A stretch of 53,424 nucleotides of DNA, the filler included, from Stramenopiles sp. TOSAG23-2 (taxonomy: Eukaryota): the NCBI GenBank assembly GCA_900128395.1. It is 3 parts of 3 records of this genome, joined end to end, with 100 filler letters (N's around TTAATTAATTAA, not from the genome) between each part and the next. Parts side by side here need not be neighbours in the genome. Positions count along the whole stretch, not along the records: positions 17,890 to 35,611 come from LT649628.1; 2 more parts are not named here. One strand, given 5' to 3'. Below the pieces are notes generated by a model. That model was not told the DNA's origin, searched no databases, and worked only from the letters and a program-made list of their open reading frames with translations. Of the stretch, positions 18,247 through 28,476 are shown in pieces; position 1 is the first letter of the stretch; each line of letters opens with the position of its first letter. The position numbers were made by a program, and so were the translations under genes.

Positions 18247-19722
18247 TTACAAATCTGGCAAACCAATACCAGAAATTGCAGTTTCACCTTCTAAAATTTC
18301 AGGTGTCAATGTTAACATTTTCACATCCTTTGATTTTAAATTAACAACAACTAAGGCCCACTGATCCCATATACCTGGTTCTGGTATTGGCACTGGAGAT
18401 TCATCATCTACTAATGCGATGTACGTATTATCAGATTCACGAACTGCATCAAGTACAAATCCAAGTTCACCACTTCCCATAACTCTAGGTGGCCCACAAT
18501 TTGTATCAACTAAAACGTTCGATTTACCATTTTCCCATTGGACTAAACTAAGTAAATCATTAGTAATATTTGGTGCTAATGATAAATATGAATCACCATA
18601 TTGTTTAGCACCTAAATAAAATTTAAAGCCACTTGGAACAGGTACATTATCAACCCATTTAGCATCAGCTGTTGCTGTTTTTTTACTACCATCGTTATTA
18701 TCTGAAAATGTAACAATACCAAGCCCTGGATTTTCTTGATTTACGACAGATTCATATCCAATACGTGTTACAGATTTAGAATCGCATAGTCTAAAATATC
18801 CAGCATAATGGCTCGGATCTTCTTCTTTACCGCTTGCAGTTTCTACTGACCCTTTCTTCGTGCTAACGCCCGTAGATGGATCAACACTGAAAAAATTAAA
18901 TACACCATTTTCATTTTTAGAAGATATAAGGACAGCATTTGAAGATTTTTCAATACAGAAACCAGTTACATAATCAGATGCACCATCACCTGTCACGTTA
19001 ACATTAGTCGTTTTTCCATTAGTAGGATCGATTTTACTTAATACAATTTGACGACCATTTGCTGGACGTTTAACTCCAAAATCAACGTCAAATTGATAAA
19101 ATAAATTCGATTTCGAATCATACAAGAAATCACGTGTTGCTTCACCATGCGTATTATATCCGTCCACTGGAATTTTTTGTGTTATATTACCACTTGTTAA
19201 ATCAATAGTCCATGCTAGTAAACCTGGAGCAATACCATTGGTAACTAAAGCATATGCTACTTTATTAGCATCCAATTTTTTATCTGATGTCCAATACTTA
19301 ATTTCCGTTTTTGCATTTTTTTTTACTTTCTTTGCAACTTTTGATGGTCCGTGTAATGGTGAACCACGTTGCCATGGAATTGCAGGATCACAACACCCAA
19401 CTTCACCAACGTTGCATCCAATAGTATATCTTGGACAACAGCGTGCTGGATATGAGTTTAAATTAGCATCTTTTGCGACACAATATGTTGGTTGTACAAT
19501 ACAACATTCACCACCTTGATCATCAGCACAACATTCTTCATCACTTGAGCAACAACCATAGCTACCTGGTGAAAATGCACAACATGGTTCATTTTCTAAA
19601 CAATGTTGTTTACCATCTGGACATGTTTTGTCTTGAATTGTTCGTAAAAACGTTGTTTGAACTGTTTTTGAGGCATTGGCAAAGCTTGCAATTAGCAATA
19701 TTAAGATAAATATACGCATCAT
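18247..19722 (-). CDS. Secreted protein: N-terminal CC-rich (granulin-like) module plus probable beta-propeller
   Basis: Signal peptide MMRIFILILLIASFANA; CP..C...CC...GCC...CC...CC...C...CC..C..GCC; then short beta-strand blades (LSKIDPTNG, FFSVDPSTG, VVVNLKSKD). Confidence 0.7.
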   Translation of the reverse strand: MMRIFILILLIASFANASKTVQTTFLRTIQDKTCPDGKQHCLENEPCCAFSPGSYGCCSSDEECCADDQGGECCIVQPTYCVAKDANLNSYPARCCPRYTIGCNVGEVGCCDPAIPWQRGSPLHGPSKVAKKVKKNAKTEIKYWTSDKKLDANKVAYALVTNGIAPGLLAWTIDLTSGNITQKIPVDGYNTHGEATRDFLYDSKSNLFYQFDVDFGVKRPANGRQIVLSKIDPTNGKTTNVNVTGDGASDYVTGFCIEKSSNAVLISSKNENGVFNFFSVDPSTGVSTKKGSVETASGKEEDPSHYAGYFRLCDSKSVTRIGYESVVNQENPGLGIVTFSDNNDGSKKTATADAKWVDNVPVPSGFKFYLGAKQYGDSYLSLAPNITNDLLSLVQWENGKSNVLVDTNCGPPRVMGSGELGFVLDAVRESDNTYIALVDDESPVPIPEPGIWDQWALVVVNLKSKDVKMLTLTPEILEGETAISGIGLPDL

Positions 19723-20164
19723 GATTTATTATGTATGTATATGTATGTAATATAAATACAATTTTTCCTTTCTTTACAACAATTTGACTAAATTGTTTTT
19801 GTATATATATAGTATGCTATAGATTATTATTATTATTCAAAAAGATCCCAGATCTCATCTCAAATCGACCTTGCCAGGCTTGCCAAAAGAAGTATTATAA
19901 TAATGCTGGAATGATCTATTTTGAAAGATCTGCACATCTCCGGATCTGGAGATCTGCACTGCATCTGGAGATGATGATTTTTCTTATTTTTTAAGGATGG
20001 AGCCAAAAAGATGGTCTTTTTTACAATAATATTTAGGTATAAATTTATACTTAGTAGTCTACAAAATATGCAATCATATATTAAAAGATACGATTATGAT
20101 ATTTATCACACACACACACACACACACCTCTTCTATAACTCTCTCTCTCTCTCTTCACACTACT

Positions 20165-23100
20165 TTAATGCTTTTGCAACCCCATTTTCGCCAATTGCGT
20201 TCCCAATGCCAAACGCCACAATTCTCGTGATCCATCATCAGGAAACATGATGACATACATAATTTCTGATTTAGATTCAATTTTTTGATTGGAATTTTCA
20301 TTATCTTGCCACAAGACTCTTAAATGTTTTTGAGACGTTTTGCCAAACCCTAAAAACGCTGCAGGTAGTGGTCCTCTGGAGAAACAGGCTTCATTTAAAT
20401 CACCGACACTATGTTTCGATTCATCTTCTAAACCGGATACACGTTGAGCCTTGTCAATGTCGAATATGCGACTATGCCTATCAATAAATTTAGATCTTAA
20501 AATAGACTGATCAGTAGACCATTTTCGTTTTGCACGCTGATTTTCCAGCGATTGTTCCAATTTTTTTTCTTTACTACCTTCTTGCAAATCAATCTCTTTC
20601 CGTTTTGCTGCAAATTCATCATTTTTTTCCTCAGTCTCATCTTTCCAATATCGGGGAAAGTCCCAGTAACTTAAATCCTCTTTGCAAACAAGAAATAGAT
20701 TTTTCGTTAATATTAAAACACGCCTTCCGCGATGGGAGCCAAGATCGTCATATAAATCAACAGTTGTCATAAGCCTTAACATACCAGGTCTCAAATCTTC
20801 GCCAATTTGCAATTCATTACATCTTTGTAACAATGAAACTAATGCATGTTTAGTAGCCATGTCATATTCAAACGTAGGCACAGTTGTTGATACTTTCAAC
20901 ACACCATCATCAATTCCAGCAAGTCTCGGATTGGCTTCTACAGTTGTACCATGAGTTAATTCAATGATATAACGATGAAAACGTCCAGCGCCACCAAGTT
21001 TAGGAACTACGAAATGGAATATTTCACCATTATCAGCATTCTCATCGTTGCTTGAACCACCAGAAGATTTTCCTTCACCTACGCTACTTTTTAATTGTAT
21101 ATGCAAACGCTGATGCCCCATACCTAAAACGGCCCGTTTTATTTCGTAATATTTAATTTTCCTTACAAGAACAGGTCCTTCAGGGCAAAATTTATCGGCG
21201 GAACATTCTTTACATGGACCAAATACCAACGTTGGTTCAACTAATAAATATATTTGAAAATTGGTAAGGACAAGAAGAACTTGTTCGAAATCATTTTTTT
21301 CAGGAATATATTGTTGCACCCATTCTGTTTCAACAATACGCTCAGATGCCATTTTACCGACAATGCCAAATTCAATCAAACGATTACCAGTTTTTTCAAT
21401 ATAATTTGCAAACTCCAATTGTCCTTGCTCATGTAAATATTCTTGCAATGCAGATTTATAGACGCGGCGGTTGACTTCAGCTAGCAAATCTTGTAAATAC
21501 GATTGACGTGTTTCCGAACCGTTTTCAACTTCTTCTCTCGTAAACTGCTCTAAAATTTCAAAGCGATGCTGTTCAGAATTGCGCAGGAATTCAATAATGA
21601 CAATGCTAATTGCTCTACACATCTCACTTCTAATTTTAAACCTACGATCTCTTTCCTCCATATCAGTGTCTGCAGTCGGCACTTGCTGTGAAACTTGCAT
21701 GTCATATAAAATCAGCCTGATAAAGTTTTTCAATAAATTTCTTGGCAGCAATCTTGAGTAAAGAAATTCTGTCATTTTTTTCTCCATGACTTTTTCCATG
21801 GTGCCTTGACCTGGTTTTATTATATGTGGAATTTGTTCAGCAACAGTTGCACATGCTATAGCTGTGTGCATCATTAATATTTCATCTTCCTCTGTCAACG
21901 TCGTCTCACGCTCTAGCTTAGAAATCACCATTGTAATAACAGCATGGGAAAATCTACAAATAACATCATAAGACGAAAGCGCTGAGGTTGGAACAGAACG
22001 TGCAGTACATTCCATCCTAATGGCTTCATTGGCAACCGATAAGAATTTAGCTGCAATTAACATTTGTGACCATATCGGACGGTCACGCGATCCAGTTGCT
22101 ACATTGGCCAACAATCGTAAGCGATCGTTTTGCAATAGAATTTCTATCGCAGCTGATCGAGTTTTTATGTTACCATAACGCAGCAAAGCATATATTGATC
22201 GAAAAGCTGCAGATATTAGTGATGCACGTTCATGCCTTCTTGTTTGCGCAGCATTATTCAAAAAACCATTCTTTTTATTATCATTTAATTTATCCATTCC
22301 ATCCATCATAAATGCATGTAAAAGTAATTGGCGTCCGCCAAGTTCCGTTTGTTTTCCAACGCGTTGCTTGTTACTCCTTTTTGATGATTTACCATGTTTC
22401 GTTTCTTCCTCCTTTGCTCTTTTCTTTGCACCGGATGTAGCCTCGCTAATTTGTTTGTCACGTGTCTTCTTTATAATTGCACGGAAACGTAAAAGCTGAT
22501 CACTGCATTCAGAGACAATTTCCGATGCTGCAAATGCATCTTCATAAACACCATATTCTTTTTCTTCCTCATCCGTTTGTCTTTGAGCAATGAAAAAAAT
22601 AATTCGTTGAAGACCTCGATAATATACAAATACATGATGTTGCTGCAAACGTTCATTCTTCTCCTCTTCATTTTCTTCAATATACCCTGAATCGTACGTG
22701 GTACTATCGTTATGCCAAAAATGCGGCATTTCCCCTTCTTGTTTTACTGCAAATTGCTCTAAATTCACAACGTTTTCTTCGGCTAAATTAGCAAATGCAG
22801 TTCTTACTTTCTTAAAATATTTAATAAGAGATGGATCCATGACACGCCTTCTAGTTTCATCTGGGGAAAAATCACCATTATCATCATCGTTATCATCATC
22901 GTCAAACTTATCATCGTCATCATCATCGTCGTCATCATCATCATCTCCCTCACCATCGTCATCCCCCTCTTGAGCATCCTCTACTATTCTTGAGCTTCGT
23001 TCTCCGGTATCACCCGCAGCTTTGTATACTGCTCTAACCTCATCCAAAAATGGATCTTGAACGCCCATTAAAACATCTGCCATACGCCTCATAATTCGTG

Positions 23101-26014
23101 ATGCAACAACCCCATGTGGCCGTAGAGATTGATCGCCAATTAACGTTTGCAATAAATATTCTAATGTTCGACCAGCCCATGACATTTCAATATAAACAGG
23201 CCTATATTCTGATTTAGGAATATGCGATGGATCGTTTAGGTTTAATTTATATAAAGAGGAAAATCTATCTTCATAGCGCAATATATTTCCTAAAGCTTCC
23301 ATTACATCCCTGTTACGTAAATGCCTTCGTAACATATTATTTTCTTCATCCTCAGGACGCCACAGCGATGCACCTACAAGATATCGCACACAAGAATGAG
23401 ACAATGTAAATTTCTCTGCATCTTCCGATTCATCCCCACGTGTATCACGCATTGTATTTCTTTCAAGAATATCTAATCCAGCTTGTATCGCAAGCTCCGC
23501 TTGCCTTTCCCTGAACACTTTCCCTGTATCACCCATCGATAAGACTAATTTTGTCAATAGGGAAAATGATTGACCAAGAACAATTTCCGTTTCTCCAGCA
23601 GAAATGTTTGTTGTTTCGCTCAACATATTTACTAAGCGAGATACCTCCTCTTCGTCGAGTTCTGCTAATGGTACATGGTACAAACAGCTTACAACGGCTT
23701 TTCGTACTTGATCGGATGGGCATTCTAAGCAATCAAAAAGGAATTTTTCACGATTGTTTTCATTGAGCATGGATGCAACTTTTTCTGGTAATGCACGTTT
23801 CGACGCAGCTTCACAATAATGCGAGATTAACTCTATACAAGCAACTAAAAACTCATGCATTTCCGTATTTGTTAAATTCTTAATTTTCAGAGGCTTTGAA
23901 TGTAACATAGCACCTTGTCCAGCCTCCACACACATTGCTCGGTAGGATGGATCATCTTGATTTAAATATCCCAAAATTGGCAATGCATTTTGCAAACCAT
24001 CTGTAACTTCTTTTTCTAGGGAATCTACATCTACCCTATATGTTGAACCCCATTGAAATGGAAACCATTCTTCAGGTGCATCTAAAATTGTGGAAATGGA
24101 TTTAAAAACGGCCGTCAAAAGCAATGGGCGAATGCGCAAACTTCCTTGCCTTGACAATTGGTATAAACGAACTAACACTTTCAAATAACCAGTTTTTTTA
24201 GATAATAAATCTCTAAGCCCTTCTTTACATAAAGAGATTGATTCTAAACAGCCAACTAAAGTACTAACTTGTTTGTTTTGGGCATCGTTGAAACTTGATT
24301 TCATCGATAAAAGCTCTTTTAAAGATTCCAATACGGTTCGTTGCAAACCTAATTTAACGAACATAAAAGCACTTCTGTAATTTTTTTTGTTTTGAACAAT
24401 CACCTCGTCATATTTAGCAATATTTGTTGCCGTTTTAATCAATCTATAAAATTTTTCGTCGCTTGAGCATTTTTCAGGCTTTAATTCCTCGATAATGTAA
24501 CCAAGCATTTTCGGCTCTGAACCCATATTTTGTGCATTCTTTGCATGATTTGACGCAACTGCACACATAGAAACAACTTCATCCGATGGATCTTGACCCA
24601 TCCAACCAACAAGAGAATCTACCAGACCACTCAAACATTCTCCCATCCCCGTTTTTGTTGCCAAGTCATTCATTCCCCTCGTAAGAGTATCTCGAAATTT
24701 TTTATCATCATCATCGACTACACTGCTTTGCTTCAATTGTGGTATGACACATTCATTCATGACTTCAACAACTACATCTTTATAACCTTCGCCAGCACCC
24801 ATGACATCTTGCAATGCTTCTAAACACCTAGCCCCTAGATTTCCTTCCATCACACCCGCTAAATTAGCCAATACTCGCAATAGAGATGGAACCAATTGTG
24901 GTTGACGTTGCATTAAAAGAACATTTTGTTGTAAAAATTCATTAACGACGCGCGCTTTTAAATCTTCAGCAGCTTGATCTTTCTTTTTTAAATCTTGCTC
25001 ACTTAAAGCACCTTGAAACAATTGAGGGTGGGATGCTCTCATTTCTTTTACCGACCGTGCTTGTTCCATTAATTTATGTACAAGTACAATACAACCAGTC
25101 GGGTCACTAAATGCTTGGTTCAATAACAATATCATATCAGCGATACCAGGCATTTTTTTCGACTCTACCACTTTCTTCGTTTCGATAGGTTTAATAACAC
25201 GGCCAAGTTCGATTTTACTAGTACCGACTAATGGTGGAACATCCTCTGCTTGTTTTCTTAATTGTGGGGTAACTTTGTTACCATCAATATATTCCAGTTT
25301 ATCCTTTGCTAACCTGTATTTACTTGATTTTTGAACATTTATGATTTCTTTTAATAAATATAAGTTGTAATCGTGTATGGTAGAGCAAAATGGATTTTCC
25401 ATTAATGTGATTGTACGCAGCTCTGGCAGAAACTCAACAACTTTTAATTCTTTGTTAAACTCTTGTTTTGTCCAATCAATATCATTATTACTAAGTCCAA
25501 TATGTTGTAAATGTTTTCCATAACGTAAATTCCTCCACGGTGGCGATATAAAATTATGCGATAAATCTAATCGCTTTAAATTCGGCATTGTTTGCAAATT
25601 TGGTATGCTTGTAATTCTATTGTGTAAAAGCTTTAGCTCAACCAAACTTTCCATATGGTATGGCCATTCATTAAACTTTAAGTTTCCTTTATAACCAGCA
25701 CATATATTAACAATTAAATTATTTGATGCGTCTAAAACTTCCATTCTACGAAATGCTTTGACGCCATTGTCTATTGCCAATGGAAGCAATGAAGTTAAAT
25801 GATTTTCACTGATATAAAATTCTTTAATACGATCTCTATCTTTTGGATTGTGATGTCCTATGATAGTAATATTTTCTAATGTTTCAAGCCTAAATTTTTC
25901 ACTACTAAAATCAATCTCAGTTAACTTTTGCTTTGTTACATCTGTTTTTTTTGACGCTAATAAATCCGTCAAAGCTTCGACAGTTAATGCACGAAGTGGT
26001 CCAGTTGACGCCAT
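20165..26014 (-). CDS. Large protein with N-terminal LRRs, long helical (ARM-like) middle and C-terminal PH-like region
   Basis: 1949-aa intronless ORF. LRRs (MEVLDASNNLI, LKRLDLSHNFI, LMENPFC...Y cap), acidic linker, C-terminal strands LLVLTNFQIYLL and RRVLILTKNLFLV, terminal helix SRELWRLAL. Confidence 0.75.
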   Translation of the reverse strand: MASTGPLRALTVEALTDLLASKKTDVTKQKLTEIDFSSEKFRLETLENITIIGHHNPKDRDRIKEFYISENHLTSLLPLAIDNGVKAFRRMEVLDASNNLIVNICAGYKGNLKFNEWPYHMESLVELKLLHNRITSIPNLQTMPNLKRLDLSHNFISPPWRNLRYGKHLQHIGLSNNDIDWTKQEFNKELKVVEFLPELRTITLMENPFCSTIHDYNLYLLKEIINVQKSSKYRLAKDKLEYIDGNKVTPQLRKQAEDVPPLVGTSKIELGRVIKPIETKKVVESKKMPGIADMILLLNQAFSDPTGCIVLVHKLMEQARSVKEMRASHPQLFQGALSEQDLKKKDQAAEDLKARVVNEFLQQNVLLMQRQPQLVPSLLRVLANLAGVMEGNLGARCLEALQDVMGAGEGYKDVVVEVMNECVIPQLKQSSVVDDDDKKFRDTLTRGMNDLATKTGMGECLSGLVDSLVGWMGQDPSDEVVSMCAVASNHAKNAQNMGSEPKMLGYIIEELKPEKCSSDEKFYRLIKTATNIAKYDEVIVQNKKNYRSAFMFVKLGLQRTVLESLKELLSMKSSFNDAQNKQVSTLVGCLESISLCKEGLRDLLSKKTGYLKVLVRLYQLSRQGSLRIRPLLLTAVFKSISTILDAPEEWFPFQWGSTYRVDVDSLEKEVTDGLQNALPILGYLNQDDPSYRAMCVEAGQGAMLHSKPLKIKNLTNTEMHEFLVACIELISHYCEAASKRALPEKVASMLNENNREKFLFDCLECPSDQVRKAVVSCLYHVPLAELDEEEVSRLVNMLSETTNISAGETEIVLGQSFSLLTKLVLSMGDTGKVFRERQAELAIQAGLDILERNTMRDTRGDESEDAEKFTLSHSCVRYLVGASLWRPEDEENNMLRRHLRNRDVMEALGNILRYEDRFSSLYKLNLNDPSHIPKSEYRPVYIEMSWAGRTLEYLLQTLIGDQSLRPHGVVASRIMRRMADVLMGVQDPFLDEVRAVYKAAGDTGERSSRIVEDAQEGDDDGEGDDDDDDDDDDDDKFDDDDNDDDNGDFSPDETRRRVMDPSLIKYFKKVRTAFANLAEENVVNLEQFAVKQEGEMPHFWHNDSTTYDSGYIEENEEEKNERLQQHHVFVYYRGLQRIIFFIAQRQTDEEEKEYGVYEDAFAASEIVSECSDQLLRFRAIIKKTRDKQISEATSGAKKRAKEEETKHGKSSKRSNKQRVGKQTELGGRQLLLHAFMMDGMDKLNDNKKNGFLNNAAQTRRHERASLISAAFRSIYALLRYGNIKTRSAAIEILLQNDRLRLLANVATGSRDRPIWSQMLIAAKFLSVANEAIRMECTARSVPTSALSSYDVICRFSHAVITMVISKLERETTLTEEDEILMMHTAIACATVAEQIPHIIKPGQGTMEKVMEKKMTEFLYSRLLPRNLLKNFIRLILYDMQVSQQVPTADTDMEERDRRFKIRSEMCRAISIVIIEFLRNSEQHRFEILEQFTREEVENGSETRQSYLQDLLAEVNRRVYKSALQEYLHEQGQLEFANYIEKTGNRLIEFGIVGKMASERIVETEWVQQYIPEKNDFEQVLLVLTNFQIYLLVEPTLVFGPCKECSADKFCPEGPVLVRKIKYYEIKRAVLGMGHQRLHIQLKSSVGEGKSSGGSSNDENADNGEIFHFVVPKLGGAGRFHRYIIELTHGTTVEANPRLAGIDDGVLKVSTTVPTFEYDMATKHALVSLLQRCNELQIGEDLRPGMLRLMTTVDLYDDLGSHRGRRVLILTKNLFLVCKEDLSYWDFPRYWKDETEEKNDEFAAKRKEIDLQEGSKEKKLEQSLENQRAKRKWSTDQSILRSKFIDRHSRIFDIDKAQRVSGLEDESKHSVGDLNEACFSRGPLPAAFLGFGKTSQKHLRVLWQDNENSNQKIESKSEIMYVIMFPDDGSRELWRLALGTQLAKMGLQKH

Positions 26015-26674
26015 ATTATTATTTCTCTATCTCTTTCTATATATATATATATGTATGTACGATTCTTTTTCTTTTGTTTTCTTTGATTGATGTAGAGATG
26101 ACATGACAAGAGAGTGAATGAATAAATGATATGTATAATATATTATTGTATATTATTATCTCACATACCAGCATAGATGGTGTATGTTGTAGATCTACTA
26201 TCTACACATCAGGCCAGCCAGGCCAGCCTGGCCAGCAGGACAATACCATCCCTCTATCTGGCGGGCTGGTTTATTATTATCACTCGTGCATTATTAGATC
26301 TTATTTTGTTATCACTAAAATTATTAAACTAACCTGGCTAACGCCATGCTATAAATCTAATAAAGTAAAGAGGATCCTCTCTAGTCGTCTAATGCTAACT
26401 CCCTGTATTATAACACATAGTAAGCAATTGCAACTTAAACTAATCGCTAGCCAGCTAGCTGGCCGGGCTGGCTAGCACCGACATATCATTGTTTTTTCGT
26501 AACCTGTACTAGAAACCAACTATTAGTATATATCTCTGCACCTCCCCCAGATCTCTCATCACAATACATTGTTTTTTATTTAAATTTAGAAGAGACGACC
26601 CATCGGGAAATATATTGAAAGTATGCAATTGGAAAAGATAAATGTAGAGAAGAAATAGCAACATAAACATAAAA

Positions 26675-27412
26675 ATGTGCTCATGTTGTTGTAGAAAAAA
26701 ACGGAATGCGAAAGGTTGTTTTACATGGATGGTGCATTCATCCCTTGCAAACCTTTTGTCATTAGTAAATTTATTAAATTTTTTATTATCAACATTATTG
26801 ATAATGTACGGTGTATATATATTAAAATTAAAAAGTTATCACTTAGACGTACCAGCCATTGTTTTGCTATATACAGGTGGATTATCTTTTATCTTTTCAT
26901 TCCTTTTCATATGCGGTTTGCGTAACAAATATTATTTAATGACTTATGTTTTTCATACGTTTACAGTTGTCTTAATACAAAGTTCAACGTATCTATTATA
27001 TATGAATCACGAATGGCATAGTTGGATTGGTTCGCACCTTTTATTAGCACCGCATTGGGCTGCTGTTATTTTACGCCATCATATTAAAACAACAAAGTTA
27101 GTCTTAGCCGGATCATTTATTACTGAAATTGTTTTATTGATTTTATCTGGTATTATTGTTTGTTATTGTGATTCAAGAGAAATTTATCGTCAAACAGGTG
27201 ATTACTACGATGAAGATGATGATGGTTATTTTGATGATGATATCGATGTAAATCCTGAAGAGGTTAGTACATTATTAGCAGAAGAAGAGGAAAGAAGTTA
27301 TAGACAAAATATGGATCGAAGAAGAAATAACTATACACAAAAAAGAGATGATATATTTCGTAAATATAAATATTATGACAATAATGATAATGGTTCACAA
27401 TTGCAATGGTAA
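26675..27412 (+). CDS. Four-transmembrane tetraspanin-like protein (TOM2A-like layout)
   Basis: Four hydrophobic segments, N-terminal Cys cluster, acidic cytosolic tail ending in a ..DIFRKY motif. Confidence 0.6.
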   Translation: MCSCCCRKKRNAKGCFTWMVHSSLANLLSLVNLLNFLLSTLLIMYGVYILKLKSYHLDVPAIVLLYTGGLSFIFSFLFICGLRNKYYLMTYVFHTFTVVLIQSSTYLLYMNHEWHSWIGSHLLLAPHWAAVILRHHIKTTKLVLAGSFITEIVLLILSGIIVCYCDSREIYRQTGDYYDEDDDGYFDDDIDVNPEEVSTLLAEEEERSYRQNMDRRRNNYTQKRDDIFRKYKYYDNNDNGSQLQW

Positions 27413-27830
27413 TATAGAAGAAGTGAAAGAGAGAGAGAGAGAAGTATTTTTGTGGTGCGCGTGTATTAAAATAAAAGTAAGTCCTCGTCGTGTGTTGTTT
27501 TGATAATACGTTTTGTATAATCAGGAGGTGCTATATATGCCACAGTAGTATTAGTATCTCTATCATCATATAATACCAGGTATTATTATATATATATTAT
27601 ATATATGTATCATAACTTTTTACATTATCAATATTATATATTGTATATATATTATACACACTCTTTTTAAAATCATCAGGAAAAAAATCACATTTCAATA
27701 CAACACGATGCTAGATTTCATAAATACCACATGTTACATTCTTGTAACTTTGATCCAGCAATATATATATATGTGTGTGTATATCAAATATATGCATATA
27801 TTCATCAGATTAAATTACATATATTTAAAT

Positions 27831-28142
27831 TTATTCTTTAACAAAACGCGATGCTTCTACTAATTTTTTAACTGTGTTTGTAACATCTGCTTCATTCATA
27901 CCAGTGACATCAGCTACTTTTTCGACACCTTGACCATATTGTGCAATGATAGTTGGCGTCTGATCAGAAAAGCCTTCACGTACAGGTAAATTTAAACTAG
28001 GATTCAACATTTTAAGATCTTTATGTTGATTGGATATGAAACTTCTTAAACCAGAACTTACATTTTCTGTACCACCAACTGGAATTAAAAAACGTAATTC
28101 ACGTAAATTACTAGCATTTTTTGTGATCAACCTCCAACTCAT
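27831..28142 (-). CDS. NDUFA2: NADH:ubiquinone oxidoreductase subunit A2 (B8; L51/S25/CI-B8 family)
   Basis: MSW...LRELRF...SSGLRSFI...DLKMLNPSLNLPVRE...PTIIAQYGQGVEK; 103 aa. Confidence 0.9.
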   Translation of the reverse strand: MSWRLITKNASNLRELRFLIPVGGTENVSSGLRSFISNQHKDLKMLNPSLNLPVREGFSDQTPTIIAQYGQGVEKVADVTGMNEADVTNTVKKLVEASRFVKE

Positions 28143-28476
28143 TCTTCTTCTTTCCTTTTATTATCTCTTTTTCTCCTTTTCCTATATATTTTTGATTGAA
28201 TTAATATATATTGTTCTTCTTCTTATAGTTTCATCTATCTATCTATATCTTATATATATATATATATCTATATATTTCACACTAAGTATATTTATTTATT
28301 CATTCTACAATATCGCATCACCCCCAAAAATATATTATTATTCCCCACTATATACTAACAAGTATAAAAATGAAAGAAACCCTATATAACAACGTCAATT
28401 TAATTTATTACAATAACATTTTTACTAGAAAAAAACAGGTTAAAATATGGGTTACAAAATACGAACGTATATTATT

